NCBI GenBank assembly: GCA_020437545.1
Contig: JAGQWH010000005.1
Span: forward strand, 229-64,228
Length of the DNA stretch: 64,000 nucleotides
DNA from: Ignavibacteriota bacterium
Lineage (GTDB): Bacteria; Bacteroidota; Ignavibacteria; Tepidaquicellales; Tepidaquicellaceae
Direction: 5' to 3'
Both the position numbers and the translations under genes were made by a program. The notes under the pieces are model-generated. The model was given only the letters and a program-made list of their open reading frames with translations, was not told the origin of the DNA and did no database searches. This document shows positions 37,396 to 46,687 of this stretch, piece by piece (the stretch's first letter is position 1; each line of letters starts with the position of its first letter).

Positions 37396-37440
37396 TATTA
37401 TCAGTTTTAGTTTATCGTTAAATGTAAATTTTTATTATTC

Positions 37441-38130
37441 TTAAAATGATTTCATGAATTTTTTTGAATCAGGACCTTCATTGAATATAAGATCAAGAAT
37501 GCTCACAGCATGAGTGAATTCCCCGTGAAGCTGAGTATACTCAGGATATCCGGAATAATCAAAATAGTGGACCTTGATATTTTCCTTTTCAAACAGTTCT
37601 TCATTCATATATGCTTTAGCAGCAGGACCGGAATAATAATCCGTTGCTCCCTCTTTTTTACATATGTCAACAAGCCGTTCGGTCTTCTCTTCAAGTAAAT
37701 TAAACTCAGAAGACCATTTCATCTCTGTCCTGATATCAAGAATATCACAGATTGCTTTTATAAAATTGTAATTTATTTTACTCAGAAATTCTTCTTTTGA
37801 ATTGAGATACAACTCTTCGAATATTTTCCTGTATTCATTAAAATATTTTGCTTTGGAATAATTATGAAGAATAGTATTCCAGTGCTTCTCTCCCCAGTCC
37901 GGTTCGCTTACCTTTGTTTCATTTATTTTCTGAAAATATTTTCCTTTTACTTCTACAGGTATGCTAAGCCATTTAAGTCCGTCTTTTGTCTTGATCTGAT
38001 TTCTGTTACGCCAGTCCCTTCGCGTATACTGCATGTCATCATACAGAACGAATTCATCCGCCATGTTTATTGAATCAAAATATCCCTTCCACGGAATATA
38101 GTTGGATTGTGTAATAATAATTTTTTTCAA
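37441..38130 (-). CDS. wbqC: WbqC-family protein
   Basis: 229 aa. IIITQSNYIPWKGYFDSINMADEFVLYDDMQYTRRDWRNRNQIKT matches the WbqC-like family signature. Confidence 0.8.
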   Translation of the reverse strand: MKKIIITQSNYIPWKGYFDSINMADEFVLYDDMQYTRRDWRNRNQIKTKDGLKWLSIPVEVKGKYFQKINETKVSEPDWGEKHWNTILHNYSKAKYFNEYRKIFEELYLNSKEEFLSKINYNFIKAICDILDIRTEMKWSSEFNLLEEKTERLVDICKKEGATDYYSGPAAKAYMNEELFEKENIKVHYFDYSGYPEYTQLHGEFTHAVSILDLIFNEGPDSKKFMKSF

Positions 38131-38136
38131 ATGTGT

Positions 38137-39075
38137 TTACAGATTAATTTTTTTCTCAATAATATAAAGAGGTCTGTCTTTGGTCTGCTCAAATATTTTT
38201 CCTATATAGATCCCTGCAATTCCTATGCTCATGAGTATAAGTCCCGTTGAAAAGAGGATAGCTACAATTATGCTTGGCCAGCCCGGCTGATATTGCAATA
38301 GAAAATAACTTACCGCTATAAACAGTGAAGCTAAAAATGAAAGTATGGAAATTATAAGACCGGTATATATCGAGAGTCTTAGGAGCTTATCCGAATATGA
38401 TGTCCATCCCTGTAATGCAGTTAGAAATAACTTGGATATCGAGTATGTCGAATTTCCTTCATATCTTTCTCTGTGTTCTACCGGCACATATGTAGAACTG
38501 AATCCCACCCATTTCAATAACTGTATATACAATCTGTCCTGATCCTTTAATTTAAGGAATTCATCTTTTACTCTTCTGCTGATCATTGTCATCGATCCGA
38601 CATCAAGGTCATAATCCTTATTTGAAAACAGACTGAATAATGTATTATAGATCTTTGCTGTTATTTTTTTAAAGAAAGAATGTTTCCTTCCTATACGTTT
38701 TGTAAAAACGACATCATATCCTTTATTGAATTCATCAAAGAGTTTCTTAATATGTGCAGGATCATCCTGAAGATCACAGTCCATAATAACTATGATTTCA
38801 CCTGATGCCTGACTCAGTCCGGCTGTTATTGCATAATGCTGTCCGAAATTTCTGCTGAGCTTTACGCCTTTTACAAAATCAAACTGCTTACAGTTTTTCT
38901 CGACCTGCTCCCAGGTACCGTCACCGCTGCCGTCTTCCGGCAGTACAATCTCAAAATTATCAGTGATCTTAGTTAATTCATCTGATAATCTTTTTACCAG
39001 TTCATCAACTATCTTTTCAGACTTATAAACCGGACTTACAATTGATATTGAAACCGGTCTTTCAGTATTATTCAT
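38137..39075 (-). CDS. GT2 polyprenyl-phosphate amino-sugar transferase (ArnC/GtrB-like)
   Basis: 312 aa. VSISIVSPVYKSE...PEDGSGDGT...IMDCDLQD GT-A fold, then two C-terminal TM helices (IYTGLIISILSFLASLFIAVSYFLL; IIVAILFSTGLILMSIGIAGIYIG). Confidence 0.8.
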   Translation of the reverse strand: MNNTERPVSISIVSPVYKSEKIVDELVKRLSDELTKITDNFEIVLPEDGSGDGTWEQVEKNCKQFDFVKGVKLSRNFGQHYAITAGLSQASGEIIVIMDCDLQDDPAHIKKLFDEFNKGYDVVFTKRIGRKHSFFKKITAKIYNTLFSLFSNKDYDLDVGSMTMISRRVKDEFLKLKDQDRLYIQLLKWVGFSSTYVPVEHRERYEGNSTYSISKLFLTALQGWTSYSDKLLRLSIYTGLIISILSFLASLFIAVSYFLLQYQPGWPSIIVAILFSTGLILMSIGIAGIYIGKIFEQTKDRPLYIIEKKINL

Positions 39076-39077
39076 TT

Positions 39078-40259
39078 TCAGGATTTAAAAAATTTTATGA
39101 ATCTGTCTCTCTGATCTTCCAGATTAAAATCAGCTTCAATTCTTTTTCTTGCATTCAAAGCTATCTCTTTTCTTTTTTCTTCCGGCATATTTATGATCAT
39201 TTCTATTTTATCCGCAAATGCTGAAGGGTTTCGTCTTTCCGATATCCATCCGGTTTTCTCATCGATCACATTTTCCTTTAATCCGTCTGCATCACTTACC
39301 ACACAGAGAAGACCTTTTGCCTGAGCCTCAAGCACAGATCCGCAAAAACCTTCCTGCATACTGGTCTGCAGATAAATATCAGCATTTTCCATCATTACAT
39401 TAATCTCACTGTGACTTTTCTTTCCGTGAAAGATGACATCTTTTTCCAAACCAAGCTGATAGGCGCAAAATGTCAGTCGCTCAAGCTCAGAACCTGAACC
39501 GGCAATATTATAAGTCACTTCTATTCCTTTGTTTTTCAATTTTCCAACTACAGAGATCGCTGTTTCATAATCCTTTATCCAGTTGAGTCTTCCGACTGTA
39601 AGCAGGTTTAGCTTTTTGTTGATCTTACCCGGTTCACTTTTCAGACTGAACTGTCTTAAATCAATGGCCGGTGTGATTTTTTCAAATGGTACATTTTCCG
39701 GCAGACCTGACTTTACTGCTTTATCCCGAAGATAGTCTGAAATAGTATGAACTTTATCAATTTTTTTCCAGGCTTTGTCATAACATCCGGGATTTTTTAA
39801 AGGATATACATTAATGTCATATCCTCTGAAACTCACACTCATTTCAGCATCAATTGCTTTGGCAACATTTTCCCTTTTTAAAGTCATTGTCATAAATCCA
39901 AAATGCAGCCGGTCAATTTTCTCTGACAGAATATGTGAATTAATATAAACAGATTTCATTGATTCAGAAAATGAATTGCCATCTGACCTTTCAAGCTCGT
40001 ATAGTATTTTAGATTTTTTATAATTTAATAAAAAGGTCCTGAACAAAATTACCGGAACAAAGAATAGCTGTTTGAATTTACTTTCTTCATAAACAGGATA
40101 AGCATTTTTTATTTTACATTTAATTTCATCACTATTATCTCCGGGTTTATTACTGAAGACCGTTACTTCAAAACCTGCTTCAATGAGATTCCTTATCTTA
40201 TATTTGAAAAAAGTTTCAGAATACTGCGGAGCTTCCGGTAAGACAAGACCAATCTTCAT
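39078..40259 (-). CDS. GT4 glycosyltransferase
   Basis: 393 aa. C-domain TSMQEGFCGSVLEAQAKGLLCVVSDADGLKENV. Confidence 0.85.
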   Translation of the reverse strand: MKIGLVLPEAPQYSETFFKYKIRNLIEAGFEVTVFSNKPGDNSDEIKCKIKNAYPVYEESKFKQLFFVPVILFRTFLLNYKKSKILYELERSDGNSFSESMKSVYINSHILSEKIDRLHFGFMTMTLKRENVAKAIDAEMSVSFRGYDINVYPLKNPGCYDKAWKKIDKVHTISDYLRDKAVKSGLPENVPFEKITPAIDLRQFSLKSEPGKINKKLNLLTVGRLNWIKDYETAISVVGKLKNKGIEVTYNIAGSGSELERLTFCAYQLGLEKDVIFHGKKSHSEINVMMENADIYLQTSMQEGFCGSVLEAQAKGLLCVVSDADGLKENVIDEKTGWISERRNPSAFADKIEMIINMPEEKRKEIALNARKRIEADFNLEDQRDRFIKFFKS

Positions 40260-40263
40260 CTTC

Positions 40264-41445
40264 TTATTTGCTCAGGATTGTATTATACAAATCCGCAAAT
40301 TCTTTTATCTGCCTTTCCGGAGAAAATTTATTCTCTATTGTAGCTTTGGCATTTTTTACTATTTTATATCCGGACTCATCATCCCTGCTGATATAATCCA
40401 GAATTTTGTCAGCCATTAATTCCGGCTCTCTTATTCTTACTATATATCCGTTTACTTTATCTTCAACTGCTTCATTCATTCCGCCGCAATCTGTCGTTAC
40501 AACCGGAACTCCGGCAGCCATTGATTCCAGTACAACATTTGCAATACCTTCTTCCACACTTGGCAATATCAGCATATCAGATCTTATCAATCTTTTTATC
40601 AGATCATCAAACTTCATACCCGGAATTATGTTCACTTCGTCATGAAGATCATATTCATTTATCAGAAACAGGATCTCTTCAGGAACTTTCCCCTGAGCTA
40701 TTATTGTATATCTGAAATCAACTTTCTTATCCTTAAGTATTTTCATTGTATCAAGCGCATAATGATATCCTTTTTTCCAGTGAAATCTGCCAATAGAAAT
40801 GATCTCAAAAGTTTTTACCCGGGGATCTTTTTCGCTGTTCAGCTTAAGAAGATCTTTATTGACGCTTGAATATATTACCTTTATTTTATCTTCGCTCGCT
40901 CCATACTTTACAGTTTCCTTTTTAATAGCTTCAGATACAGCATGATATCCATCTATTTCCGGAAAATATTTTCTGTAAGCATCCGAAAGTTTTTTATCCG
41001 TAAGCGGTGAATAATTTATATGTGCTCCCCTCAGACTTAAAATTATTTTACTGTCCAATAATTCAAACAACTCGGGATTCTGTGAAACCGTCTTTGCCCA
41101 TTGTATATGAAATATATCATGTTTGTGAATCAATATCGGTAATATCATTCCGAGATTTTTTACAAATGCTCCCGTACTTTTATTCTTTTTCCTGACTGAC
41201 ATATATGCTTTAAAAAATTTTCCTGCATCCTTCATCAGCAGAATTAAAGAATTTCTTATGATAAATAAAACCAAAGGAAGCTGACTTACCGGAGTCGCAT
41301 ATACTTTTACATTCTTACCATAATTTACATTACCTTTTGATTTCCCGAATAAAAGTATATCAATTCCGTTATTCTCAAGACCTTTGATGAGATTTTCTAT
41401 AAAAGTAGTTGAAGGTATATTTCCCGAATAGACAGCTACTTTCAT
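40264..41445 (-). CDS. GT4 glycosyltransferase
   Basis: 393 aa. C-domain PSVEEGIANVVLESMAAGVPVVTTDCGGMNEAV. Confidence 0.85.
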   Translation of the reverse strand: MKVAVYSGNIPSTTFIENLIKGLENNGIDILLFGKSKGNVNYGKNVKVYATPVSQLPLVLFIIRNSLILLMKDAGKFFKAYMSVRKKNKSTGAFVKNLGMILPILIHKHDIFHIQWAKTVSQNPELFELLDSKIILSLRGAHINYSPLTDKKLSDAYRKYFPEIDGYHAVSEAIKKETVKYGASEDKIKVIYSSVNKDLLKLNSEKDPRVKTFEIISIGRFHWKKGYHYALDTMKILKDKKVDFRYTIIAQGKVPEEILFLINEYDLHDEVNIIPGMKFDDLIKRLIRSDMLILPSVEEGIANVVLESMAAGVPVVTTDCGGMNEAVEDKVNGYIVRIREPELMADKILDYISRDDESGYKIVKNAKATIENKFSPERQIKEFADLYNTILSK

Positions 41446-42866
41446 AAAGGCTGATTTTTGAACTGATCATTTTTACAGAACATGGAAAGCACAAGAAGCA
41501 TATTTACGGAATGGGAATACTTAACATCTTCATTTAAAAATTTATCATAAAAACTTTCTACCAGATCAGTAGATAAAAATTCGCTGAATTTTTTGTTTTG
41601 GAATAAATGCTTTTTAAGATGCTTGGAATTTTCTTCACCCAAAAACTGTATCTCCCAGTTCCTTTGTATCAGTTTATTTTTTAATAATTTTTCCTTCAGC
41701 AATCTTTTTCCTTTATTGACAGCACGGAAGGGTAATCTCATTTTCGAATCAAACTTCCTGTAATTATAAAGATTCATTGGTGCATAATCCTGCCATGCTA
41801 TCTTTGCTATTTCAGGATTTTTCAGTTTAATGTAATTTATTTGAATCTGCCTTCCCGAAAGATATTTTTCGGGTACTCTGCAGACAAATTTACAGATCTC
41901 ATCATCATAATAAGGTAATACAACAGGTTTGTAGCTGCTGAATATATCAATGTTAGCGCTAGTCCATCTTGGTGCCCAGTACATCGATTTAAACGCTCTG
42001 ATCTTTGAATTTGCATTTTCTATTTTTATTCCATCGAGTAGAGCAGAGATTCTTTCTTCGAGATGATCTTTAAATTTTCCTCCGAGTCCCCAGCATTCCC
42101 ACATGGAATCTGCAAGCTCAAATCCGCTTTTCTTAATGATCTTCTTTATAACAATTTTAACTATCTCATCCTTTTCAAGAATATCCTCAACTCCCATATC
42201 ATCAAACAGCACATCCCCCCAGTGTCCTAAAAAAAAAACATCCCCGAGGTCTGATACTTCATCTATAACTGCCATTTGTCTTGGACTTGTAAAATCAGCA
42301 TAGCATTTATTTATTCCGGACAGCTTATCTATGCATTTCCATAAGTATCCTTCCGGTATTATGAATTCAGAGTAAGGGTAGGACCTTACCTTTGAGATCT
42401 CCCTGCCATATTTGGTTTCATCAAAACTATTCTGAAATTTATATGAATAACTTTTTACTCTGAAATTATCCGGTAAAGCGACCGACTGCGTCCTGCTGTC
42501 AAGTCCGCCTGATAAAGGAAGAATTACATCTTTATCAGAAAGTTTTTCTTTACAGACCTTTTCAAAAAGTTCCGCAAATTCCTCAGTTACCTGTTTAAAA
42601 GAAGTTTCCGACGGATCATAATTCCATTTCCAGTATTGTTCTGATCCGGCGACGTAACCATTTTCATCAACTATGTAATCAGTAGCCGGCTGAAGAGCTA
42701 TCTTATTTGTAAAGTAAGTATCTTCTCCCAGAAAAAAACCGGTTGCTGCAAAAATGCAGATTGCTTTATGGTCAATATCCTGACTATTGCCATTTAAAGC
42801 AAATCTTTGTGTCTGCGGAATTATTGATGTTTTAATATTATTCAACTGAATCTTTAAACCAGACAA
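41442..42866 (-). CDS. AsnB-like PP-loop synthetase domain protein lacking the N-terminal Cys glutaminase domain
   Basis: 474 aa. It starts MSGLKIQ, with no MCG nucleophile. The PP-loop LPLSGGLDSR sits at about residue 117. The C-terminal region resembles the asparagine synthase synthetase domain. Confidence 0.6.
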   Translation of the reverse strand: MSGLKIQLNNIKTSIIPQTQRFALNGNSQDIDHKAICIFAATGFFLGEDTYFTNKIALQPATDYIVDENGYVAGSEQYWKWNYDPSETSFKQVTEEFAELFEKVCKEKLSDKDVILPLSGGLDSRTQSVALPDNFRVKSYSYKFQNSFDETKYGREISKVRSYPYSEFIIPEGYLWKCIDKLSGINKCYADFTSPRQMAVIDEVSDLGDVFFLGHWGDVLFDDMGVEDILEKDEIVKIVIKKIIKKSGFELADSMWECWGLGGKFKDHLEERISALLDGIKIENANSKIRAFKSMYWAPRWTSANIDIFSSYKPVVLPYYDDEICKFVCRVPEKYLSGRQIQINYIKLKNPEIAKIAWQDYAPMNLYNYRKFDSKMRLPFRAVNKGKRLLKEKLLKNKLIQRNWEIQFLGEENSKHLKKHLFQNKKFSEFLSTDLVESFYDKFLNEDVKYSHSVNMLLVLSMFCKNDQFKNQPL

Positions 42867-43845
42867 ACCGGATTTTTGCGGATAGTTTTGAAGCTATGTT
42901 AAACGGCAATATAAGATCGAGTAAATAATCTTTGCTGTATTTTTGTTTTAACTCAGGAAATTTATCCAGTTCATTTTTAAGAATTCTGCGGCTTCCTGCA
43001 TATCCTTCTCTGCCCGCAATTTTTTTCAGACAGGTATAATAAGTAAACTCATAATCTTTAACTATATTCTTATTGTATGAACTTCCTTTTATAAAATCAA
43101 TAACCCATTTATAAAAAACCAGATTCCACTCATTCATCTTTCCGCTTCTGTGTTCCCTTCTTAATGTAGAATCAAAATGCTTCCTGTATTTTACGATTAT
43201 CTTGTCATCAAAATATATGTCAAACTTATCTCCGGTCTTGATCCAGAGGACTACATCTTCAGAGCCTTTGACGGATTCCTCAAAGCCGTTTACTTTATCA
43301 AAAATACTTCTTCTGATTATAGTTGCGCTGGGAAGTGGTGTGCTTCTGAGATCATTCAGAAACATCTCAATCATTTCACCGGGTTTATAAACTCCGGTTA
43401 TAATCTTTTTATTATTCATCATTACGGGCTGTTCGAAAGTTCTGTCTTCATACCAGTACAAAGCAGGGCTCCATATCATCGAGCAATCTTTGTGTTTTTT
43501 CAGTATTCCGATCTGATGAGTAAGTCTGTCCTTATACCATATATCATCCTGATCAATAAAGGCAATGAATTCTCCATTGGATTTTTCTACTGCCCTGTTT
43601 CTTGTATATGCTGTGCCATGATTCTTATTACCTTCATGTTCATAAAAGAAAATTTTCCCCGGATGATCCTTCGAATATTTCTGCGCCATTGCTTTTGTAT
43701 CATCATTACTTCCGTCTTCATACAATATCCATTCCCAGTCATTATGATCCTGCCCGATCACACTTTCATAAGTTTCGTGAAGTGTTTTCGAACCGTTATA
43801 CAATGGAGTTATTATTGAAACTTCAGGCATTTTATTTTTTTGCAA
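42838..43845 (-). CDS. GT2 glycosyltransferase
   Basis: 335 aa. VSIITPLYNGSKTLHETYESVIGQDHNDWEWILYEDGSNDDT and FIDQDD (DxD). Confidence 0.85.
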   Translation of the reverse strand: MQKNKMPEVSIITPLYNGSKTLHETYESVIGQDHNDWEWILYEDGSNDDTKAMAQKYSKDHPGKIFFYEHEGNKNHGTAYTRNRAVEKSNGEFIAFIDQDDIWYKDRLTHQIGILKKHKDCSMIWSPALYWYEDRTFEQPVMMNNKKIITGVYKPGEMIEMFLNDLRSTPLPSATIIRRSIFDKVNGFEESVKGSEDVVLWIKTGDKFDIYFDDKIIVKYRKHFDSTLRREHRSGKMNEWNLVFYKWVIDFIKGSSYNKNIVKDYEFTYYTCLKKIAGREGYAGSRRILKNELDKFPELKQKYSKDYLLDLILPFNIASKLSAKIRFVWFKDSVE

Positions 43846-44488
43846 TTGAATATATAGTTGTCTCCGGCATCAGTCTTGATAATTGAAAGATACCCTTTCC
43901 AAAAAATTTTCTGTGAATTCTTCTCAACTGATATCCTAAAAAGGATTCATCTTTATGTCTTTCATGAAGAAGTTGCGGAAAAGGATTTACCAGTTCTGAC
44001 AAGTTCACATCTTTATCCCTGGTAAATGAAATTTTAGCTCTTGAATCTATAAACTCAAGTTTTGAAAACAACTGCTTTGTTCCGTCATATGTAAATCTCC
44101 ATAGATCAACGGGCATCTTTGAAATTTTTCTTACAAAACATTCTGAGAAAACAGCGCTGCCTCCTTTTTTCAGCATACCGGTAATATTTTCTGCTGCTAC
44201 AAATGGATTCTTAACATTTGTTAATATTTCCATGCATATAATGGTGGAAAAGTATTCTTTATGACCTTTAATAAATTCTGAATCAGTATCAATTATATCC
44301 ACTCTGTGATCAACTCCTTCTCCTTCAAAAAGATCTATTCCTGTAATATCAGATAATCCGGATTTATTAAGAAAACTTCTTATATCCTCTTTATCGAAAT
44401 CGTACAATTTGGAACCTACTATGAGCACAGGCTCTTTAATAAGATCCTTGTTCAATTCAAGAAAATTTATTTGGTTTTTTGTTGCCAT
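43832..44488 (-). CDS. Hypothetical protein, divergent class I methyltransferase-like fold
   Basis: 218 aa. The motif order resembles SAM methyltransferases (VLIVGSK / GIDLF / FSTIICMEILTNV / LKKGGSAVF), but the GxGxG motif is degenerate. Confidence 0.35.
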   Translation of the reverse strand: MATKNQINFLELNKDLIKEPVLIVGSKLYDFDKEDIRSFLNKSGLSDITGIDLFEGEGVDHRVDIIDTDSEFIKGHKEYFSTIICMEILTNVKNPFVAAENITGMLKKGGSAVFSECFVRKISKMPVDLWRFTYDGTKQLFSKLEFIDSRAKISFTRDKDVNLSELVNPFPQLLHERHKDESFLGYQLRRIHRKFFGKGIFQLSRLMPETTIYSIAKK

Positions 44489-45528
44489 AATATTTCATTT
44501 AATTTTTGTGAATGTATAAATTCTGATTCAGGCCAGTTCTTATGGATTTTTTCCATAAGTAATGAAAGTTCTTTTAAAGTGTTTGTTCTGTATTCCTTAT
44601 CATACCTGCCTGCAAAGTTAACTCTGTGAAAATCAATAACAGCCGGCAGATTGTACTTGAAAGCTTTTCCGATTGAGTAAATGCACTGCTCATGATCAAA
44701 ATTATAAGAACCATGAGGATCAAGTCTTGCATTTCTTACTGACCAGAACAAACCCTTTCTGTTTTGAAGATATGGAAATTTGTATCTCTTACCGTCAGTT
44801 GTTAAAAGCCTGTTTGAAGACTGGATCATTTCTATTTTATTTTTTTTAACTTCTTCAATATAATCCCTGTCAAAAATAAAAGTAGGAGGTATCAGTGTAG
44901 CAGAATAAAATCCAAAATATTTTTTAAACTCTTCTGTTGCAATCTTTAAAAAATCTTTTGCAGAATTGACATTACTGAATTCTCCATGAAGAAATTGCAG
45001 ATTACCTTTTGTTGTGGTTTTTGCATAAAAAAATTTATTTTCGAAAGATTCCTTTCCTTCGGGAGTATCAAAATATTTTTCGGATTCACTGATGTTATAA
45101 TGACTATATCCGTGTAATTGAGGAAATATATATCCGTTTTTAATACCTTCTGTATATTTTTCCTTTATTTTATTATCATGATCATTGAATCCTTCCGAAA
45201 GTGATCTGAATTTTAATGAATCCTTATTTGAATAATCAACATTGTGTGTTATGAAATTTGCTGTTATAACAGGCGGACTCTCAAATTTATTCTTAAATCT
45301 GCTTATTACTTCAAACAGTTCATTCAGATCATCCTCAGTCTCTAACGAATCATAACTCCATCTGCTTAATTTCTCCGGTGTGTATTTCTTTTTCATCCAT
45401 TCTATAGAATCTTCCGTTAAAGCTCTTTCAAGTCCCCAGTCATCACTTTCGATTATTATAAATTTCTTTTTCTGTTTATTTCTCAGAAAATGTGGCAGAT
45501 GTTTTTTGAAATTTAAAGGATTTCTCAA
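44467..45528 (-). CDS. Hypothetical protein with CE4/DUF2334-like deacetylase motifs
   Basis: 353 aa with no signal peptide. IIIESDDWG (Asp-Asp) and QLHGYSH (H-x3-H) are spaced like the metal-binding motifs of polysaccharide-deacetylase-fold proteins. This assignment is weak. Confidence 0.35.
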   Translation of the reverse strand: MRNPLNFKKHLPHFLRNKQKKKFIIIESDDWGLERALTEDSIEWMKKKYTPEKLSRWSYDSLETEDDLNELFEVISRFKNKFESPPVITANFITHNVDYSNKDSLKFRSLSEGFNDHDNKIKEKYTEGIKNGYIFPQLHGYSHYNISESEKYFDTPEGKESFENKFFYAKTTTKGNLQFLHGEFSNVNSAKDFLKIATEEFKKYFGFYSATLIPPTFIFDRDYIEEVKKNKIEMIQSSNRLLTTDGKRYKFPYLQNRKGLFWSVRNARLDPHGSYNFDHEQCIYSIGKAFKYNLPAVIDFHRVNFAGRYDKEYRTNTLKELSLLMEKIHKNWPESEFIHSQKLNEILWQQKTK

Positions 45529-45540
45529 CTATTCCCTTTA

Positions 45541-46659
45541 TTATTTTTCATCATATATTTTCTGATACAGTAGATCTAAATTTGAAATTTCATTTTCAAT
45601 CGAATAATATTTTTCAATAAATTCTTTTTGAATTCGGATTCTCTCTTTTATTTCTTCTGCGCTCAGATTTGACCAATGCAGTATTTTATTGGCAATGGAA
45701 CCCGGATTTTCTGATTCGAATAACTGATCCTGCAGATTTTTGAACTGATCTCTTATCCCCGGTACATCACTGCCATAGCTTATTATTCCGCTAGCCATTG
45801 CTTCAAGAACTGAAATCGGACCACCTTCTCCTGTTTTCATTGAGGGAAGCATAAAAATATCCGCAACACTGAAAAAAGATTTTATATCACTTTGCTTTCC
45901 GGTAAAAATTACTTTCTCTTCAAGGTTGCGTTCCTTAACATTATTCTTAAGCTTATCTGCATAATCTGTCTTATCCTCTCCCACTATAAGTAATTTCGGT
46001 GACGCAAAATCTTCAAGTATCAGTTCAAATCCTTGTATCAGATAATCGATCCCTTTAATTGGAATAATATTTGCAATAGTCAGAATCACCGGGCTTGAAC
46101 CGTTAAGATTATATTTTTCGGATACGACTGAACTTTTTTCCATTTTCGAAAATTCATTCAGATCTATTCCGATCGGTATCAGTGAATAATTTGTTTTTTC
46201 ATTAAAAAAAACTTTGATCATTTCATTGTTCTGTGGTATTATTGCATCTGCAAGTTTTGATCTTATTTTCCAGGCATTACTTCCCCAGCTCATATTCTTC
46301 TTTGTGTATATCCATTTTATTCTAGCAAGCTTTGCCGCAAGTGCCTCGGAATAATCATCAGAGTAATTATAGGAATGAATTATGTCAGGATTGATTTTCT
46401 TAAAGAATCGTGAAAGCTTATAGACACTTTCGAATCCTTTTACCCTTGGCTTCATAGGTGCCGAGAACTCTGATATATAAATGGGTATGTTCAAACTTTT
46501 TGCAGAATTAAACAGATCTCCCCTTTCATGTCTGCAGCAAATGCTCGGTTCATATTTATTCTTGTCTAATCTGGATATTACATTCAGCAAAGCCTTTCCG
46601 CTTCCTGCAGTATTGAAATTAGGGATCGTATATAATATTTTAATTTTCCTTTTAGACAA
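45541..46659 (-). CDS. GT4 glycosyltransferase
   Basis: 372 aa. FNTAGSGKALLNV N-domain. C-domain PSMKTGEGGPISVLEAMASGIISYGSDVPGIRD. Confidence 0.85.
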   Translation of the reverse strand: MSKRKIKILYTIPNFNTAGSGKALLNVISRLDKNKYEPSICCRHERGDLFNSAKSLNIPIYISEFSAPMKPRVKGFESVYKLSRFFKKINPDIIHSYNYSDDYSEALAAKLARIKWIYTKKNMSWGSNAWKIRSKLADAIIPQNNEMIKVFFNEKTNYSLIPIGIDLNEFSKMEKSSVVSEKYNLNGSSPVILTIANIIPIKGIDYLIQGFELILEDFASPKLLIVGEDKTDYADKLKNNVKERNLEEKVIFTGKQSDIKSFFSVADIFMLPSMKTGEGGPISVLEAMASGIISYGSDVPGIRDQFKNLQDQLFESENPGSIANKILHWSNLSAEEIKERIRIQKEFIEKYYSIENEISNLDLLYQKIYDEK

Positions 46660-46687
46660 TTATGATCTGCTTGATAGATTTATGTCT

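Noticed and set aside
43177-43818. 213-aa plus-strand ORF
   Set aside because: It is fully antisense to a GT2 gene with textbook motifs. Its Phe/Ile/Ser/Cys-rich composition is typical of the antisense frame of AT-rich genes.
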